From Octopus vulgaris (Eukaryota): DNA of 64,000 nucleotides. Shown one piece after another: positions 27,669-41,600 of this stretch. How positions within the stretch are numbered: position 1 is the stretch's first letter; every line of letters starts with the position of its first letter. The translations under genes and the position numbers were made by a program. The notes beneath the pieces are model-generated. The model was given only the letters and a program-made list of their open reading frames with translations. It had not been told where the DNA came from and did no database searches. The stretch covers positions 18,724,001-18,788,000 of the forward strand of contig OX597822.1 of assembly GCA_951406725.2 (NCBI GenBank), in the 5' to 3' direction.

Positions 27669-28961
27669 CGAGGGACGTTCAATAAGTAATGCCTCTGACT
27701 CACTTGCAGTTGTTTGATCTAGCTGAAATTTTGAATGTGCAATCATTTATATCTCTATAGAGGAGTAAGTGGCAAATTACAGCTCTGAATTAATTGTGGT
27801 TTCTGATTTACAGGTGTTTGAACCGAGTCAAGTGTGAAATGGAGCCTGTTGAGTGTCGAGCAGTGATCCGGTTTTTGTATTTGAAAGGACGCACACCACG
27901 GGAGACTTTTGATGAAATGAAAGTAACTTATGGTGATAATGCCCCATCATATGACCTTGTAAAACGCTGGCATCGTGAATTCAAACATGGTCGGAACTCT
28001 GTGGAAACAGCTCCCAGATCTGGTCGCCCCCTTCTGCCATTGATGAGGCATCTGTCCATCAAGTTGAGGCTGCCATTTTGGAAGATCGACGCATAATTAT
28101 TTGCCAAATAGCCCATGAGGTCAAGATTAGTACCGGGTCTGTGGAAACTATCATTCATGACCATTTGCATATGCAAAAAGTGTCTGCCAGATGGATTCCC
28201 AGGTTGCTCACGCCTTTCCAGAAGCAAGAACGCGTCGAGTGCTCGAGGGTGAATTTGGAGATGTGCCAAGAAGATGAGTCAAAATTTTTCAAAAGACTGA
28301 TTACACAGGATGAAACCTGGGTCCATCACGATGATCCAGAGACCAAAGCCCAGTCAATGCAGTGGAAGCACCATGATTCACCCCCTCCAAAGAAGGCAAG
28401 GGTGCAGCCCTCCACTGGCAAGGTCATGCTCACAGTCTTCTGGGACCAGGACGGAGTAGTGATGACAGATTTCCTGGCAAAGGGTACCACAATTGCAGGA
28501 GCCTATTATGCTTCACTTTTGAGGAAATTAAGAGAAGTTATCAAAATCAAGAGGCGGGGCAAGATCAGCAAAGGCATCCTCCTCCTGCAGGACAATGCTC
28601 CGGTCCACAACTCACTTGTCGCCAGATCAGAAGCACAGGCATATGGCTATGAACTCCTCCCCATCCCCCTACTTTCCTGACCTTGCACCCTCTGATTTTC
28701 ACCTCTTCCCAATCATGAAGTTGTTTTTGAAAGGAAAGCATTTCCCAGATGATGCAGCCTTGATTTCTGAAGTCACGTTGAGGTTGGAGGACCAAGCTGG
28801 GTTCTTCTACAAAAACGGTCTCCAGAGCCGCATCAAACGATGGGAGAAATGCGTAACTCTGGGTGGTTCCTATGTAGAAAAAGACTAATAACTGTGCCAA
28901 GTTTCGTTGCTCTACTGCTATGGGAAGTGGGTCAGGGGCATTACTTATTGAACGCCCTTCG
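27669..28961 (+). mobile_element. Full-length mariner (DD34D-type) transposon, 1293 bp
   Basis: ~35-bp TIRs (CGAGGGACGTTCAATAAGTAATGCC... / ...GGCATTACTTATTGAACGCCCTTCG) and TA TSDs at 27667-27668 and 28962-28963. Confidence 0.95.
27839..28888 (+). pseudogene. Mariner transposase with two frameshifts (~28030 and ~28665)
   Basis: Three overlapping ORFs give an HTH region, WIPRLL, TQDETW, LQDNAP, PDLAPSDFHLF and RWEKCV..GSYVEK. Confidence 0.93.
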
Positions 28962-29850
28962 TATGTCTTATTAACTTTCCATAATTATTAATTAATGATG
29001 AGGTGGTGAACTTGTAGAATTGTTAAACTTTTGGATTAAATACCTTGCTTTATTTCTTCTGATTCTTTATATTCTGAGTTCCAAAGTGCCACATTGTGAG
29101 ATTGAACCCAAACTTGTGTGAATGTGGAGTGAACTTCTTAACCACACCACTATACTTGGGCCTATGTATATATATATATATTTCGTGATAAACAACACAA
29201 ATTTTAGTCATGCTGTAAAGGTGTAATGTGATAGGCATAGACAATGTAAACAAATGTAATTTGTATTGTTTATCATTAGACATATAATTACAATGTCTTC
29301 TACACTTCCTAGTAAAACCTTAATTGTCTGATTCCACTGAATCAAGGTTTGATACTTCACTTATTCAATGTTAGTAAAAATAGCACATCTTGTTGGTAGG
29401 GTGAGGATGAGAACTAAAGGACCTGGGGATTATCTGAGAAATAATAGCAATATTTATGGAGACAAAGCTCTTGGTTTGTATCAGTAAACCATTTGTAGCT
29501 TCATTTGAAAGAGAGAAAGCTAATTGTCATTGTCGTATGTATGTTCATCAGTGCATCAATACCTGTATAGCAAGGTAGTCAGACAGACAGACAGACAGAG
29601 AAAATATAATGGCAATGAAGGTATAGAAGTGCCATCTTCCCTTTGCTGCACTTCTTCATTTCAAACCAATCCAGCATTGATAATCTCTCAATCTTCTATA
29701 ATTTTCACAAATTCTAAAGTAAGCATGAAATTGTTTGCTGCTCCTTTACATTTTTATATTATTTATCTTTTTTTTTTATCAACACTAAATCTATCACCAC
29801 TAACCACTATCACCACATTTAACACTACTACTACTACCACCACCACCATT

Positions 29851-29893
<43 letters not shown>

Positions 29894-31130
29894 CCACAAT
29901 CATCACTTATTATCAATCGTTTTTTTACTCATTGCCTATTAATGGCCACATCCTTGCTAAATTTAACACTGAATGAGCGAAGATATTTCTATGTGATTAT
30001 AGCAGTGATAAAACTGATAAAATGGTTACACTCTGCTGAAAGCAGCAACGCTGAAACTATGAATAAGCTTCTGCATTCCTTATATGGTAACGGCTGCTGA
30101 CACTCTTTGTTAGCTCTTGCCATATATTTATGAAATTATTTAGCATTAAATGAAGTTATTAGTTAATTAACAAATTGAATCCCTGGAATATTTTCTGTTA
30201 ATACTTTAAAATTATTTTACACGTCTGAATGCTCCTATAATCACAGAGTACATTGCTTGCTTAAAATGATTAACTATTGTAAACAAGTAAGCACAAGAGA
30301 GCATGAAGCACTTTTCACAGTCACTCACAGACATGCTCCAGTCTCTAGTGCCACATGCACAAAAGGGATGGTAATCTAGAATACAGTAGCAGTTGGAGTT
30401 CTCAATCAAACCATAGAATTCATTGATTCATTGTTACCTAGTATCCAAGACATATAATAGTGACCAAGGTCACAACATTCCACTCTAAATTGAATGCCAG
30501 TCCATTGCAGAGTTCCTTATTTACAGCTGAGTGGACTGGAGCAATTTGAAATGAAGCATTTACCTCAAAAGCACAAAGCTCCACCCAGCTTGGAAATTGA
30601 AACTATGCTCTTGCATTTATGAGTGCAACAGTTTTTTTTAAATAACTCATTCCCTGTTCACTTCCTCTGCATTATTCTATTTACTGTTCATGTACTTTTG
30701 GCTATTTTTTCTGATGTGTTGTAGTGCAGCACCCGAGCACTCTATACAATAAGTTCATTATTATTACTTACCATACACACTCAAGTTCAATTCTCAGTGG
30801 ATCCATTTCAATTCCTCTCCACCCCTACAGTTTCTAATAGCTTCTTAGAAGATTATGAATTTTCCTAAACTGACTTTTGCCCTTTTACCTTTGGGTTTTG
30901 TAGATATGTTTTTGCTATTAGTACACTACAAGAAAAGGTTAGATATTTCAATAAAGAATTAGGTCACATTCTTTGTTATTCCATTTCACACTCATATACA
31001 ATGTACCCACCTACATTTAACCTGAATGTTGCTTTCTTCATAACATTCATTGAGATATTTTCTTGTATCACATCATTGTCATTACTAACCTGTATAACAT
31101 AGACAATATTTTAGATGTTTTACTTCATTT

Positions 31131-34100
31131 ATCATCATCCATCATCTGTTGTCCATGCTGGCATGAGTTGGACGGTTTGACCAAAGCTGGCAAGCAGGGG
31201 AGCTGCACCAGACTCCAGTCTGATTTTGCATGGTTTCTATGGCTGGATGTCCTTCCTAATGCCAACCACTTTACAGAGTGTGCAGGGTGCTTTTACGTGG
31301 CACTGCATGGGTGCTTTTCACCACCAGAGAGACCAGTCTTAACACTTCTGCTACAGAGTATGGGTCTTCTTGAGTACAGTAAAGCACCAGGAATCTCAGT
31401 CCTTTGTCATCTTGCCTGAAAGGTCCAGTGTCCTGAGGTCATTCTTCAGTACTTCATCCCTTGTCTTCCTGGGTCTCCCACTTCCATGTGTTCCATCTAC
31501 TTTGAGAGATGAGCACTTCTTTATGGAGCTGTCAGCATCCATCCGCATCACCTGACCAAACCTCTTATGCCTAACTTCTCTCTCAAAACACTAGCACTCT
31601 GTCAAATATGTACACTTACATTATGCATCCAGTGGAGCAGACTACCCTCGTTTGTTTTTAACCTTCACATATCCTCTGCATTCAGGGCCCATGTAGAATT
31701 GCTGTCTGTATACATGCATCATGCAATCTTCCCTTTCACCCAGAGAGAGAAACCTTTCGTGGCCAACAAAGGTAACAGCTCTCTGAATTTCCTCCATCCT
31801 ATTCTTATTCTAGCTATTACACTCTCTGTACATACTCCACGCTACTAATTTGGTCCCCTAAGTAGCAGAAATGATTTAACTACCTCTAACAAGCTTCTGA
31901 GGCATTTGAGAGAATCAATTTCCCGAGTTTTATGGATCTTGTGCATCTTCTACATACACTAACTATCTTTTCTGATAAACCTCCTGTGAATCCACTGCAT
32001 CTCTTGTGTGTCCATAGCTTGCACTGGGTACACCATATGGAGCTTTCTTGCTTATTAGGAACTTTGTGTTTGCTAAGTTAACCTTGAGGCCCTTAGATTC
32101 CAGGTTTTGCTTCCACACTTGGAATTTCTCATCTATTTCTGATTTGGAACCTGCTATGAGGGCAAGATCATCACCATATAGTAGTTCCCAGGGGCTGCTG
32201 ATGTTGACTTCCTCTGTTATGGCCTAGAGGACTAAGGAGGGAACTAAGGACTGAGCTTTCATGAACCCTTACCTTTCTCTGTTGTTCCCAGGGGCTGCTG
32301 ATGTTGTATTCATGTTTAACCCTCACCTTACTGACAGCATCTTTGTACATGGTCTATACAGCTTTCATCAGCCATTCATATATCCCTAGCCTCCTCAGAG
32401 CCTCCCATATCACACACGAGGGCACTCTATTGAAGACTTTCTCTAGATCCCAAGTATAAGGGTTTATTCTTAGCTAAGTACTTCTCTTGCAGTTGCCTGA
32501 CTATCAAATTAGTGTCAGTAGTGCTCCTTCCCCAGACGAAGCCAAACTGCACTTTTTCTAACTTAATTCTGCTTCTAATCAATTGGGCTATAACTCTATC
32601 CATAATTTTCATCACCTGGTCCAGGAGTTTGATGCCTCTATATTGTCGACAGCAATTTGCGTTTTCTTGTGAACGTGACCTGGGCATTATTGTCAACAGC
32701 GATTTGCGTCAGACAAAACACTTCGCTAAAATTGCCAAGAAGGCTGAGGGTGTCTTGGCATCACTCACCAAGTCCTTTGTGAGCCACTCTCTGGCTATCT
32801 ATCTGTGGCTCTGTATAGCTATGGTACGACCTCACCTGGATTTTGCATCACCGGTCTGGAACCCCTATCTTGCCCAGGATATTAATCGTCTGGAAGCCGT
32901 TCAGTGACGTACAACCAAGAGAATACCCTCCATCAGACATTTGCTGTATTCTGAATGCCTTACTTTACTGTGCATGGACACATTGAAACTCCGATGTCTG
33001 GCAGCTGACTTGGCAGACACCCATAAAATTATTAACCATCTTACAAACAATAACTCTGAGCGCCTTTTCAAACTCCACCTGTCTAATACCCATGGACATG
33101 TTTACAAAGTCAGAAAACAGCACAGCTCCCATGACTTTCGGAAACATTTTTTCACGCTAAGAGTTGCTGAAGCATGGAACAGACTGCCGGCATCATTTGT
33201 TAGTTGTTGGAGCACTGCATCCTTCAAAACTTCCATGCTTCCTGAGATTCGCCAACACTACACCTGATTTTCTCCCCTCTATACACACGCAAGCATGTAT
33301 CTGACTCATACACTGTTTGCTTTCCAGGCATTTGTACATTACTGCATATACTTTATATGCACTTTTGACAAATTGTGGTGCATCTGAGCACTGTATACAA
33401 TAATTTCATTATATTATATTATAATTGCTTCTATCTAAAGCATCACCCTTACTCTGGTAGCAGCTAACAATTATGCTACTATGCCAGCCACTGGGTATTA
33501 TATATTCCTGAATGACCTGATTAGCTATGCCAATGACTAGCCTGTCCTATCTTACTGAATATTATGAACATCTCAGCTGTGATTCTGGATGGACCAGGGG
33601 CTTTCCAAGTTTTCATGTATTTCATTGCATTATCTACCATACTGTTGTCCACTATAAGATAGCTGGTTCCTCTGTTGAGTTCATATGAGGGAGACTCCCC
33701 TTTGTCCCATTCATTCTCTACAATCAACAGTCTTGCATAGTAACTTTTCCACACCTCTTTCTTGTCCACATCCCTAAGTGCAAGCATTTCATTACCCATC
33801 CACACACACCTCTCTTCTACACCCTCTCAATTCTCACTGACACTGTCTAGCAATCTGAATCACATCAAATCTTTGATCTTCACACTTTGGCAAACCTCTT
33901 CTTTTCTGCTTCTACTCTAGCTAAACAGATTGATGTCCAGCCTCCCTTTCAGCCTTTTGATATGATTCTTTGTTGCTGCCCCCTCTGTGAATGTTACTGT
34001 TCTACTACTCCATCACCCTTGGTCTGGCAGAGGCTTTGCTCCAACCACAAATTTGGTCTGTTGTCCTTAGTAGATTGTCCTGTAGGAACTTCCAGATGTC

Positions 34101-34955
34101 CTCTACATCATATGTCTCTATGTCTCCCTCTTTTTCATTGAAGGCCTCATTAAGGACATCTCTAAATCTCTGCCTGTTTAAAGGATCTTTGAGCTTTCAC
34201 AACCTCCTTTTCCATATTGGATTGCATCTTGGGATCTTTCTGGCCCTAAGCCTGAAGTCACTAACCACTAGCTTATGTTGAGTTGTACATTCTTTCTCTG
34301 GGAAATATTTTGCATTTGTGAGCATATATCTATCTCTGTGTCTAGGGAGGATGTAGTCAATCAGGTTGGTGTATCCCCCAGATTGATAAGTGATCAGATG
34401 GTTGACCTGTTTTCTGAAGCTGGTGTTGCAGACCAGTAAACCACGAGCATCGCAAATCTCCAGCAGCCTTGCCATTCATTTCTGGAGTGAAAGCCAAAGC
34501 TGTCATGCACACACTGAAATCCATTGCAGTGTTTTCCAATATGTCCATTGAAGTCCACTGCTATGATGAGAACATCGTTGTCTTTCATTGTTGAGGTAGT
34601 CCTGAGAAGAGAATCGTAGAAGTGGTCCTTCTGAGTATCTGCAAGTCTAGCATGTGGAGAATATGCAGAAATAACTGACACAGTTACATCAAACAAATAA
34701 TCCCATCACATATCCTGACTACCTCAATCACCTTATCCACACTAGGTACACATAGGTACTAGGAGAGTACCTATGTCACCTTGGCCTTCATTGCTGCCTA
34801 CCCATAACAATTTGTATCTATGCCCTTTGCCCATAAACTGTCTAACTCTATCATACTTCTTGGACAGCATACATCTACATGTCTCTGCTCAGGCATCTCA
34901 ACTATCTCTCTAGACCTACCTTTCATAGTGACAACATTGATTGTGCCAGCTCTGT
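31131..34955 (-). mobile_element. Near full-length degenerate RTE, interrupted by a CR1/L2-like insertion
   Basis: ISAYSP..DFNGHIG, IDYIL..TTQHKLVV, KAPGPS.ITAEM, YRGIKLLDQVMK, FGFV.GRSTTD; 3' end at ~31131. Confidence 0.9.
32642..33420 (+). mobile_element. CR1/L2-group LINE 3' fragment nested in the RTE
   Basis: ERDLGIIV, MVRPHLDFASPVWNP, RKHFFTLRVAEAWNRLP; ends in a TATT-type tail; a related 3' end lies at ~30645-30765. Confidence 0.85.
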
Positions 34956-35139
34956 GCTTGTAGAACTGGAAAGAAATTCAGGATAATGTTTTCAGATTCT
35001 AGGAAGAAAAAATCTTTGGGGCAACATGCCTGTGCTTAGTTAGAGAAATAATGTTGCAATTTTAGTTTCAAATTTCTTCAGTCCTAGAGCCTAAATAATA
35101 TGTTACTAATACACCTATACACATTTATACATATATGTA

Positions 35140-35531
35140 TGTGAGGCAAAGTGGCTGAGTTCTCTTTTGAGTGTTGGGCCTACACTGAGGCAAAATGGCT
35201 TAGTTCCTTTCGAGTGCTGGGCTTCATGGAGGCAATGACCAAGACCTTTGGCAGTATGTAGTGCTTGAGCAAAATCACAATCATGGCAGATGCCGGTGTC
35301 ACACAAATTAGCACATAAATGCACCTTGGTGTCATGCAAATGGCACCCATACCAGTGGCACGTAAAAGCACCCATTACACTCTTGGAGTGGTTGGCATTA
35401 GGAAGGGCATCCAGCCATAGAAAACCATGCCAAATCATACTGGAGTCTGGTGCAACCTTCCAGTATGCCAGCCCGGTCAAACTGTCCAACCCATGCCAGC
35501 ATGGACAACAGACATTAAATGATGATGATGA
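35140..35531 (+). mobile_element. RTE 3' UTR fragment
   Basis: RTE 3' end and (GAT)n tail. Confidence 0.85.
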
Positions 35532-35658
35532 TATAGATAGATAGTTAGGTAGATAGACAGAAATATATATATGTATATTTGTGTATATATACTCACATAT
35601 TGTATGTGTATGCATATACATATAAATATAAGTATGTGGTTATATATATATATATATA

Positions 35659-38600
35659 TTCTGATTTTCAAACCTATTTATCGACAATGCCGTCCCCAGT
35701 CAAATTCCCTCACACCGCTTATTGTCACGTGTCCCTTGACCTCTCTCTCTATGTCCCCCCTTCCCATAACCATCATCGCCATGGTTCTCTATGCCCACCC
35801 CCTTCCCAAAACCATCATCGCCATATATAAAAGAGCGATCGCATTTATCGTTAACCCCACCCGCTTCAAAATATCTAAAGAATACGCACAGATCATGAAT
35901 GGCTAAAAGTTAAGTGAATCGTCCAACCTCGCTACGACTACCTTCTTTCTTGCACTTATTCTTATTCTTTCTCTATTCTTCAATTTCCATCTCATTGTAT
36001 TGTCCCTCATTCTTTCAGTATTCCCTCATTACCCTGTCTAGCTCAAACATTTTTTTTTTTTTCGTTTAGACTTGTCTACAGGTTCATAGCCACTCTGATT
36101 TTTCAATTTTTCGTTTAGTGTTGTCTCCCGATTCATACAAACCCATTTGCTAGCTCATACGATTAACAGAACCTCTTTACTCAGACACGGTGTTATATTA
36201 GCTATCAATAATGATATTCCCTCTGATTTTTCTGATTTTCAAACCTATTTATCTAATGTTTATTTATCGACAATGCCGTCCCCAGTCAAATTCCCTCACA
36301 CCGCTTATTGTCACGTGTCCCTTGACCTCTCTCTCTAACTAACCCTATCTCTCTCTCTCTATGTCCCCCCTTCCCATAACCATCATCGCCATGGTTCTCT
36401 ATGCCCACCCCCTTCCCAAAACCATCATCGCCATATATAACAGAGCGATCGCATTTATCGTTAACCCCACCCGCTTCAAAATATCTAAAGAATACGCACA
36501 GATCATGAATGGCTAAAAGTTAAGTGAATCGTCCAACCTCGCTACGACTACCTTCTTTCTTGCACTTATTCTTATTCTTTCTCTATTCTTCAATTTCCAT
36601 CTCATTGTATTGTCCCTCATTCTTTCAGTATTCCCTCATTACCCTGTCTAGCTCAAACATTTTTTTTTTTTCGTTTAGACTTGTCTACAGGTTCATAGCC
36701 ACTCTGATTTTTCAAATTTTCGTTTAGTGTTGTCTCCCGATTCATACAAACCCATTTGCTAGCTCATACGATTAACAGAACCTCTTTACTCAGACACGGT
36801 GTTATATTAGCTATCAATAATGATATTCCCTCTGATTTTTCTGATTTTCAAACCTATTTATCTAATGTTTATTTATCGACAATGCCGTCCCCAGTCAAAT
36901 TCCCTCACACCGCTTATTGTCACGTGTCCCTTGACCTCTCTCTCTAACTAACCCTATCTCTCTCTCTCTATGTCCCCCCTTCCCATAACCATCATCGCCA
37001 TGGTTCTCTATGCCCACCCCCTTCCCAAAACCATCATCGCCATATATAACAGAGCGATCGCATTTATCGTTAACCCCACCCGCTTCAAAATATCTAAAGA
37101 ATACGCACAGATCATGAATGGCTAAAAGTTAAGTGAATCGTCCAACCTCGCTACGACTACCTTCTTTCTTGCACTTATTCTTATTCTTTCTCTATTCTTC
37201 AATTTCCATCTCATTGTATTGTCCCTCATTCTTTCAGTATTCCCTCATTACCCTGTCTAGCTCAAACATTTTTTTTTTTTCGTTTAGACTTGTCTACAGG
37301 TTCATAGCCACTCTGATTTTTCAAATTTTTCGTTTAGTGTTGTCTCCCGATTCATACAAACCCATTTGCTAGCTCATACGATTAACAGAACCTCTTTACT
37401 CAGACACGGTGTTATATTAGCTATCAATAATGATATTCCCTCTGATTTTTCTGATTTTCAAACCTATTTATCTAATGTTTATTTATCGACAATGCCGTCC
37501 CCAGTCAAATTCCCTCACACCGCTTATTGTCACGTGTCCCTTGACCTCTCTCTCTAACTAACCCTATCTCTCTCTCTCTATGTCCCCCCTTCCCATAACC
37601 ATCATCGCCATGGTTCTCTATGCCCACCCCTTCCCAAAACCATCATCGCCATATATAACAGAGCGATCGCATTTATCGTTAACCCCACCCGCTTCAAAAT
37701 ATCTAAAGAATACGCACAGATCATGAATGGCTAAAAGTTAAGTGAATCGTCCAACCTCGCTACGACTACCTTCTTTCTTGCACTTATTCTTATTCTTTCT
37801 CTATTCTTCAATTTCCATCTCATTGTATTGTCCCTCATTCTTTCAGTATTCCCTCATTACCCTGTCTAGCTCAAACATTTTTTTTTTTTTCGTTTAGACT
37901 TGTCTACAGGTTCATAGCCACTCTGATTTTTCAATTTTTCGTTTAGTGTTGTCTCCCGATTCATACAAACCCATTTGCTAGCTCATACGATTAACAGAAC
38001 CTCTTTACTCAGACACGGTGTTATATTAGCTATCAATAATGATATTCCCTCTGATTTTTCTGATTTTCAAACCTATTTATCTAATGTTTATTTATCGACA
38101 ATGCCGTCCCCAGTCAAATTCCCTCACACCGCTTATTGTCACGTGTCCCTTGACCTCTCTCTCTAACTAACCCTATCTCTCTCTCTCTATGTCCCCCCTT
38201 CCCATAACCATCATCGCCATGGTTCTCTATGCCCACCCCCTTCCCAAAACCATCATCGCCATATATAACAGAGCGATCGCATTTATCGTTAACCCCACCC
38301 GCTTCAAAATATCTAAAGAATACGCACAGATCATGAATGGCTAAAAGTTAAGTGAATCGTCCAACCTCGCTACGACTACCTTCTTTCTTGCACTTATTCT
38401 TATTCTTTCTCTATTCTTCAATTTCCATCTCATTGTATTGTCCCTCATTCTTTCAGTATTCCCTCATTACCCTGTCTAGCTCAAACATTTTTTTTTTTTT
38501 CGTTTAGACTTGTCTACAGGTTCATAGCCACTCTGATTTTTCAAATTTTCGTTTAGTGTTGTCTCCCGATTCATACAAACCCATTTGCTAGCTCATACGA

Positions 38601-41600
38601 TTAACAGAACCTCTTTACTCAGACACGGTGTTATATTAGCTATCAATAATGATATTCCCTCTGATTTTTCTGATTTTCAAACCTATTTATCTAATGTTTA
38701 TTTATCGACAATGCCGTCCCCAGTCAAATTCCCTCACACCGCTTATTGTCACGTGTCCCTTGACCTCTCTCTCTAACTAACCCTATCTCTCTCTCTCTAT
38801 GTCCCCCCTTCCCATAACCATCATCGCCATGGTTCTCTATGCCCACCCCCTTCCCAAAACCATCATCGCCATATATAAAAGAGCGATCGCATTTATCGTT
38901 AACCCCACCCGCTTCAAAATATCTAAAGAATACGCACAGATCATGAATGGCTAAAAGTTAAGTGAATCGTCCAACCTCGCTACGACTACCTTCTTTCTTG
39001 CACTTATTCTTATTCTTTCTCTATTCTTCAATTTCCATCTCATTGTATTGTCCCTCATTCTTTCAGTATTCCCTCATTACCCTGTCTAGCTCAAACATTT
39101 TTTTTTTTTTCGTTTAGACTTGTCTACAGGTTCATAGCCACTCTGATTTTTCAAATTTTCGTTTAGTGTTGTCTCCCGATTCATACAAACCCATTTGCTA
39201 GCTCATACGATTAACAGAACCTCTTTACTCAGACACGGTGTTATATTAGCTATCAATAATGATATTCCCTCTGATTTTTCTGATTTTCAAACCTATTTAT
39301 CTAATGTTTATTTATCGACAATGCCGTCCCCAGTCAAATTCCCTCACACCGCTTATTGTCACGTGTCCCTTGACCTCTCTCTCTAACTAACCCTATCTCT
39401 CTCTCTCTATGTCCCCCCTTCCCATAACCATCATCGCCATGGTTCTCTATGCCCACCCCCTTCCCAAAACCATCATCGCCATATATAACAGAGCGATCGC
39501 ATTTATCGTTAACCCCACCCGCTTCAAAATATCTAAAGAATACGCACAGATCATGAATGGCTAAAAGTTAAGTGAATCGTCCAACCTCACTACGACTACC
39601 TTCTTCCTTGCACTTATTCTTATTCTTTCTCTATTCTTCAATTTCCATCTCATTGTATTGTCCCTCATTCTTTCAGTATTCCCTCATTACCCTGTCTAGC
39701 TCAAACATTTTTTTTTTCGTTTAGACTTGTCTACAGGTTCATAGCCACTCTGATTTTTCAAATTTTCGTTTAGTGTTGTCTCCCGATTCATACAAACCCA
39801 TTTGCTAGCTCATACGATTAACAGAACCTCTTTACTCAGACACGGTGTTATATTAGCTATCAATAATGATATTCCCTCTGATTTTTCTGATTTTCAAACC
39901 TATTTATCTAATGTTTATTTATCGACAATGCCGTCCCCAGTCAAATTCCCTCACACCGCTTATTGTCACGTGTCCCTTGACCTCTCTCTCTAACTAACCC
40001 TATCTCTCTCTCTCTATGTCCCCCCTTCCCATAACCATCATCGCCATGGTTCTCTATGCCCACCCCCTTCCCAAAACCATCATCGCCATATATAACAGAG
40101 CGATCGCATTTATCGTTAACCCCACCCGCTTCAAAATATCTAAAGAATACGCACAGATCATGAATGGCTAAAAGTTAAGTGAATCGTCCAACCTCGCTAC
40201 GACTACCTTCTTTCTTGCACTTATTCTTATTCTTTCTCTATTCTTCAATTTCCATCTCATTGTATTGTCCCTCATTCTTTCAGTATTCCCTCATTACCCT
40301 GTCTAGCTCAAACATTTTTTTTTTTTTCGTTTAGACTTGTCTACAGGTTCATAGCCACTCTGATTTTTCAATTTTTCGTTTAGTGTTGTCTCCCGATTCA
40401 TACAAACCCATTTGCTAGCTCATACGATTAACAGAACCTCTTTACTCAGACACGGTGTTATATTAGCTATCAATAATGATATTCCCTCTGATTTTTCTGA
40501 TTTTCAAACCTATTTATCTAATGTTTATTTATCGACAATGCCGTCCCCAGTCAAATTCCCTCACACCGCTTATTGTCACGTGTCCCTTGACCTCTCTCTC
40601 TAACTAACCCTATCTCTCTCTCTCTATGTCCCCCCTTCCCATAACCATCATCGCCATGGTTCTCTATGCCCACCCCCTTCCCAAAACCATCATCGCCATA
40701 TATAACAGAGCGATCGCATTTATCGTTAACCCCACCCGCTTCAAAATATCTAAAGAATACGCACAGATCATGAATGGCTAAAAGTTAAGTGAATCGTCCA
40801 ACCTCGCTACGACTACCTTCTTTCTTGCACTTATTCTTATTCTTTCTCTATTCTTCAATTTCCATCTCATTGTATTGTCCCTCATTCTTTCAGTATTCCC
40901 TCATTACCCTGTCTAGCTCAAACATTTTTTTTTTTTTCGTTTAGACTTGTCTACAGGTTCATAGCCACTCTGATTTTTCAATTTTTCGTTTAGTGTTGTC
41001 TCCCGATTCATACAAACCCATTTGCTAGCTCATACGATTAACAGAACCTCTTTACTCAGACACGGTGTTATATTAGCTATCAATAATGATATTCCCTCTG
41101 ATTTTTCTGATTTTCAAACCTATTTATCTAATGTTTATTTATCGACAATGCCGTCCCCAGTCAAATTCCCTCACACCGCTTATTGTCACGTGTCCCTTGA
41201 CCTCTCTCTCTAACTAACCCTATCTCTCTCTCTCTATGTCCCCCTTCCCATAACCATCATCGCCATGGTTCTCTATGCCCACCCCCTTCCCAAAACCATC
41301 ATCGCCATATATAAAAGAGCGATCGCATTTATCGTTAACCCCACCCGCTTCAAAATATCTAAAGAATACGCACAGATCATGAATGGCTAAAAGTTAAGTG
41401 AATCGTCCAACCTCGCTACGACTACCTTCTTTCTTGCACTTATTCTTATTCTTTCTCTATTCTTCAATTTCCATCTCATTGTATTGTCCCTCATTCTTTC
41501 AGTATTCCCTCATTACCCTGTCTAGCTCAAACATTTTTTTTTTTTTCGTTTAGACTTGTCTACAGGTTCATAGCCACTCTGATTTTTCAAATTTTCGTTT

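Noticed and set aside
30212-30409. Cys-rich 65-aa ORF as a host exon
   Set aside because: Non-ATG start, no convincing splice sites and no recognisable domain.
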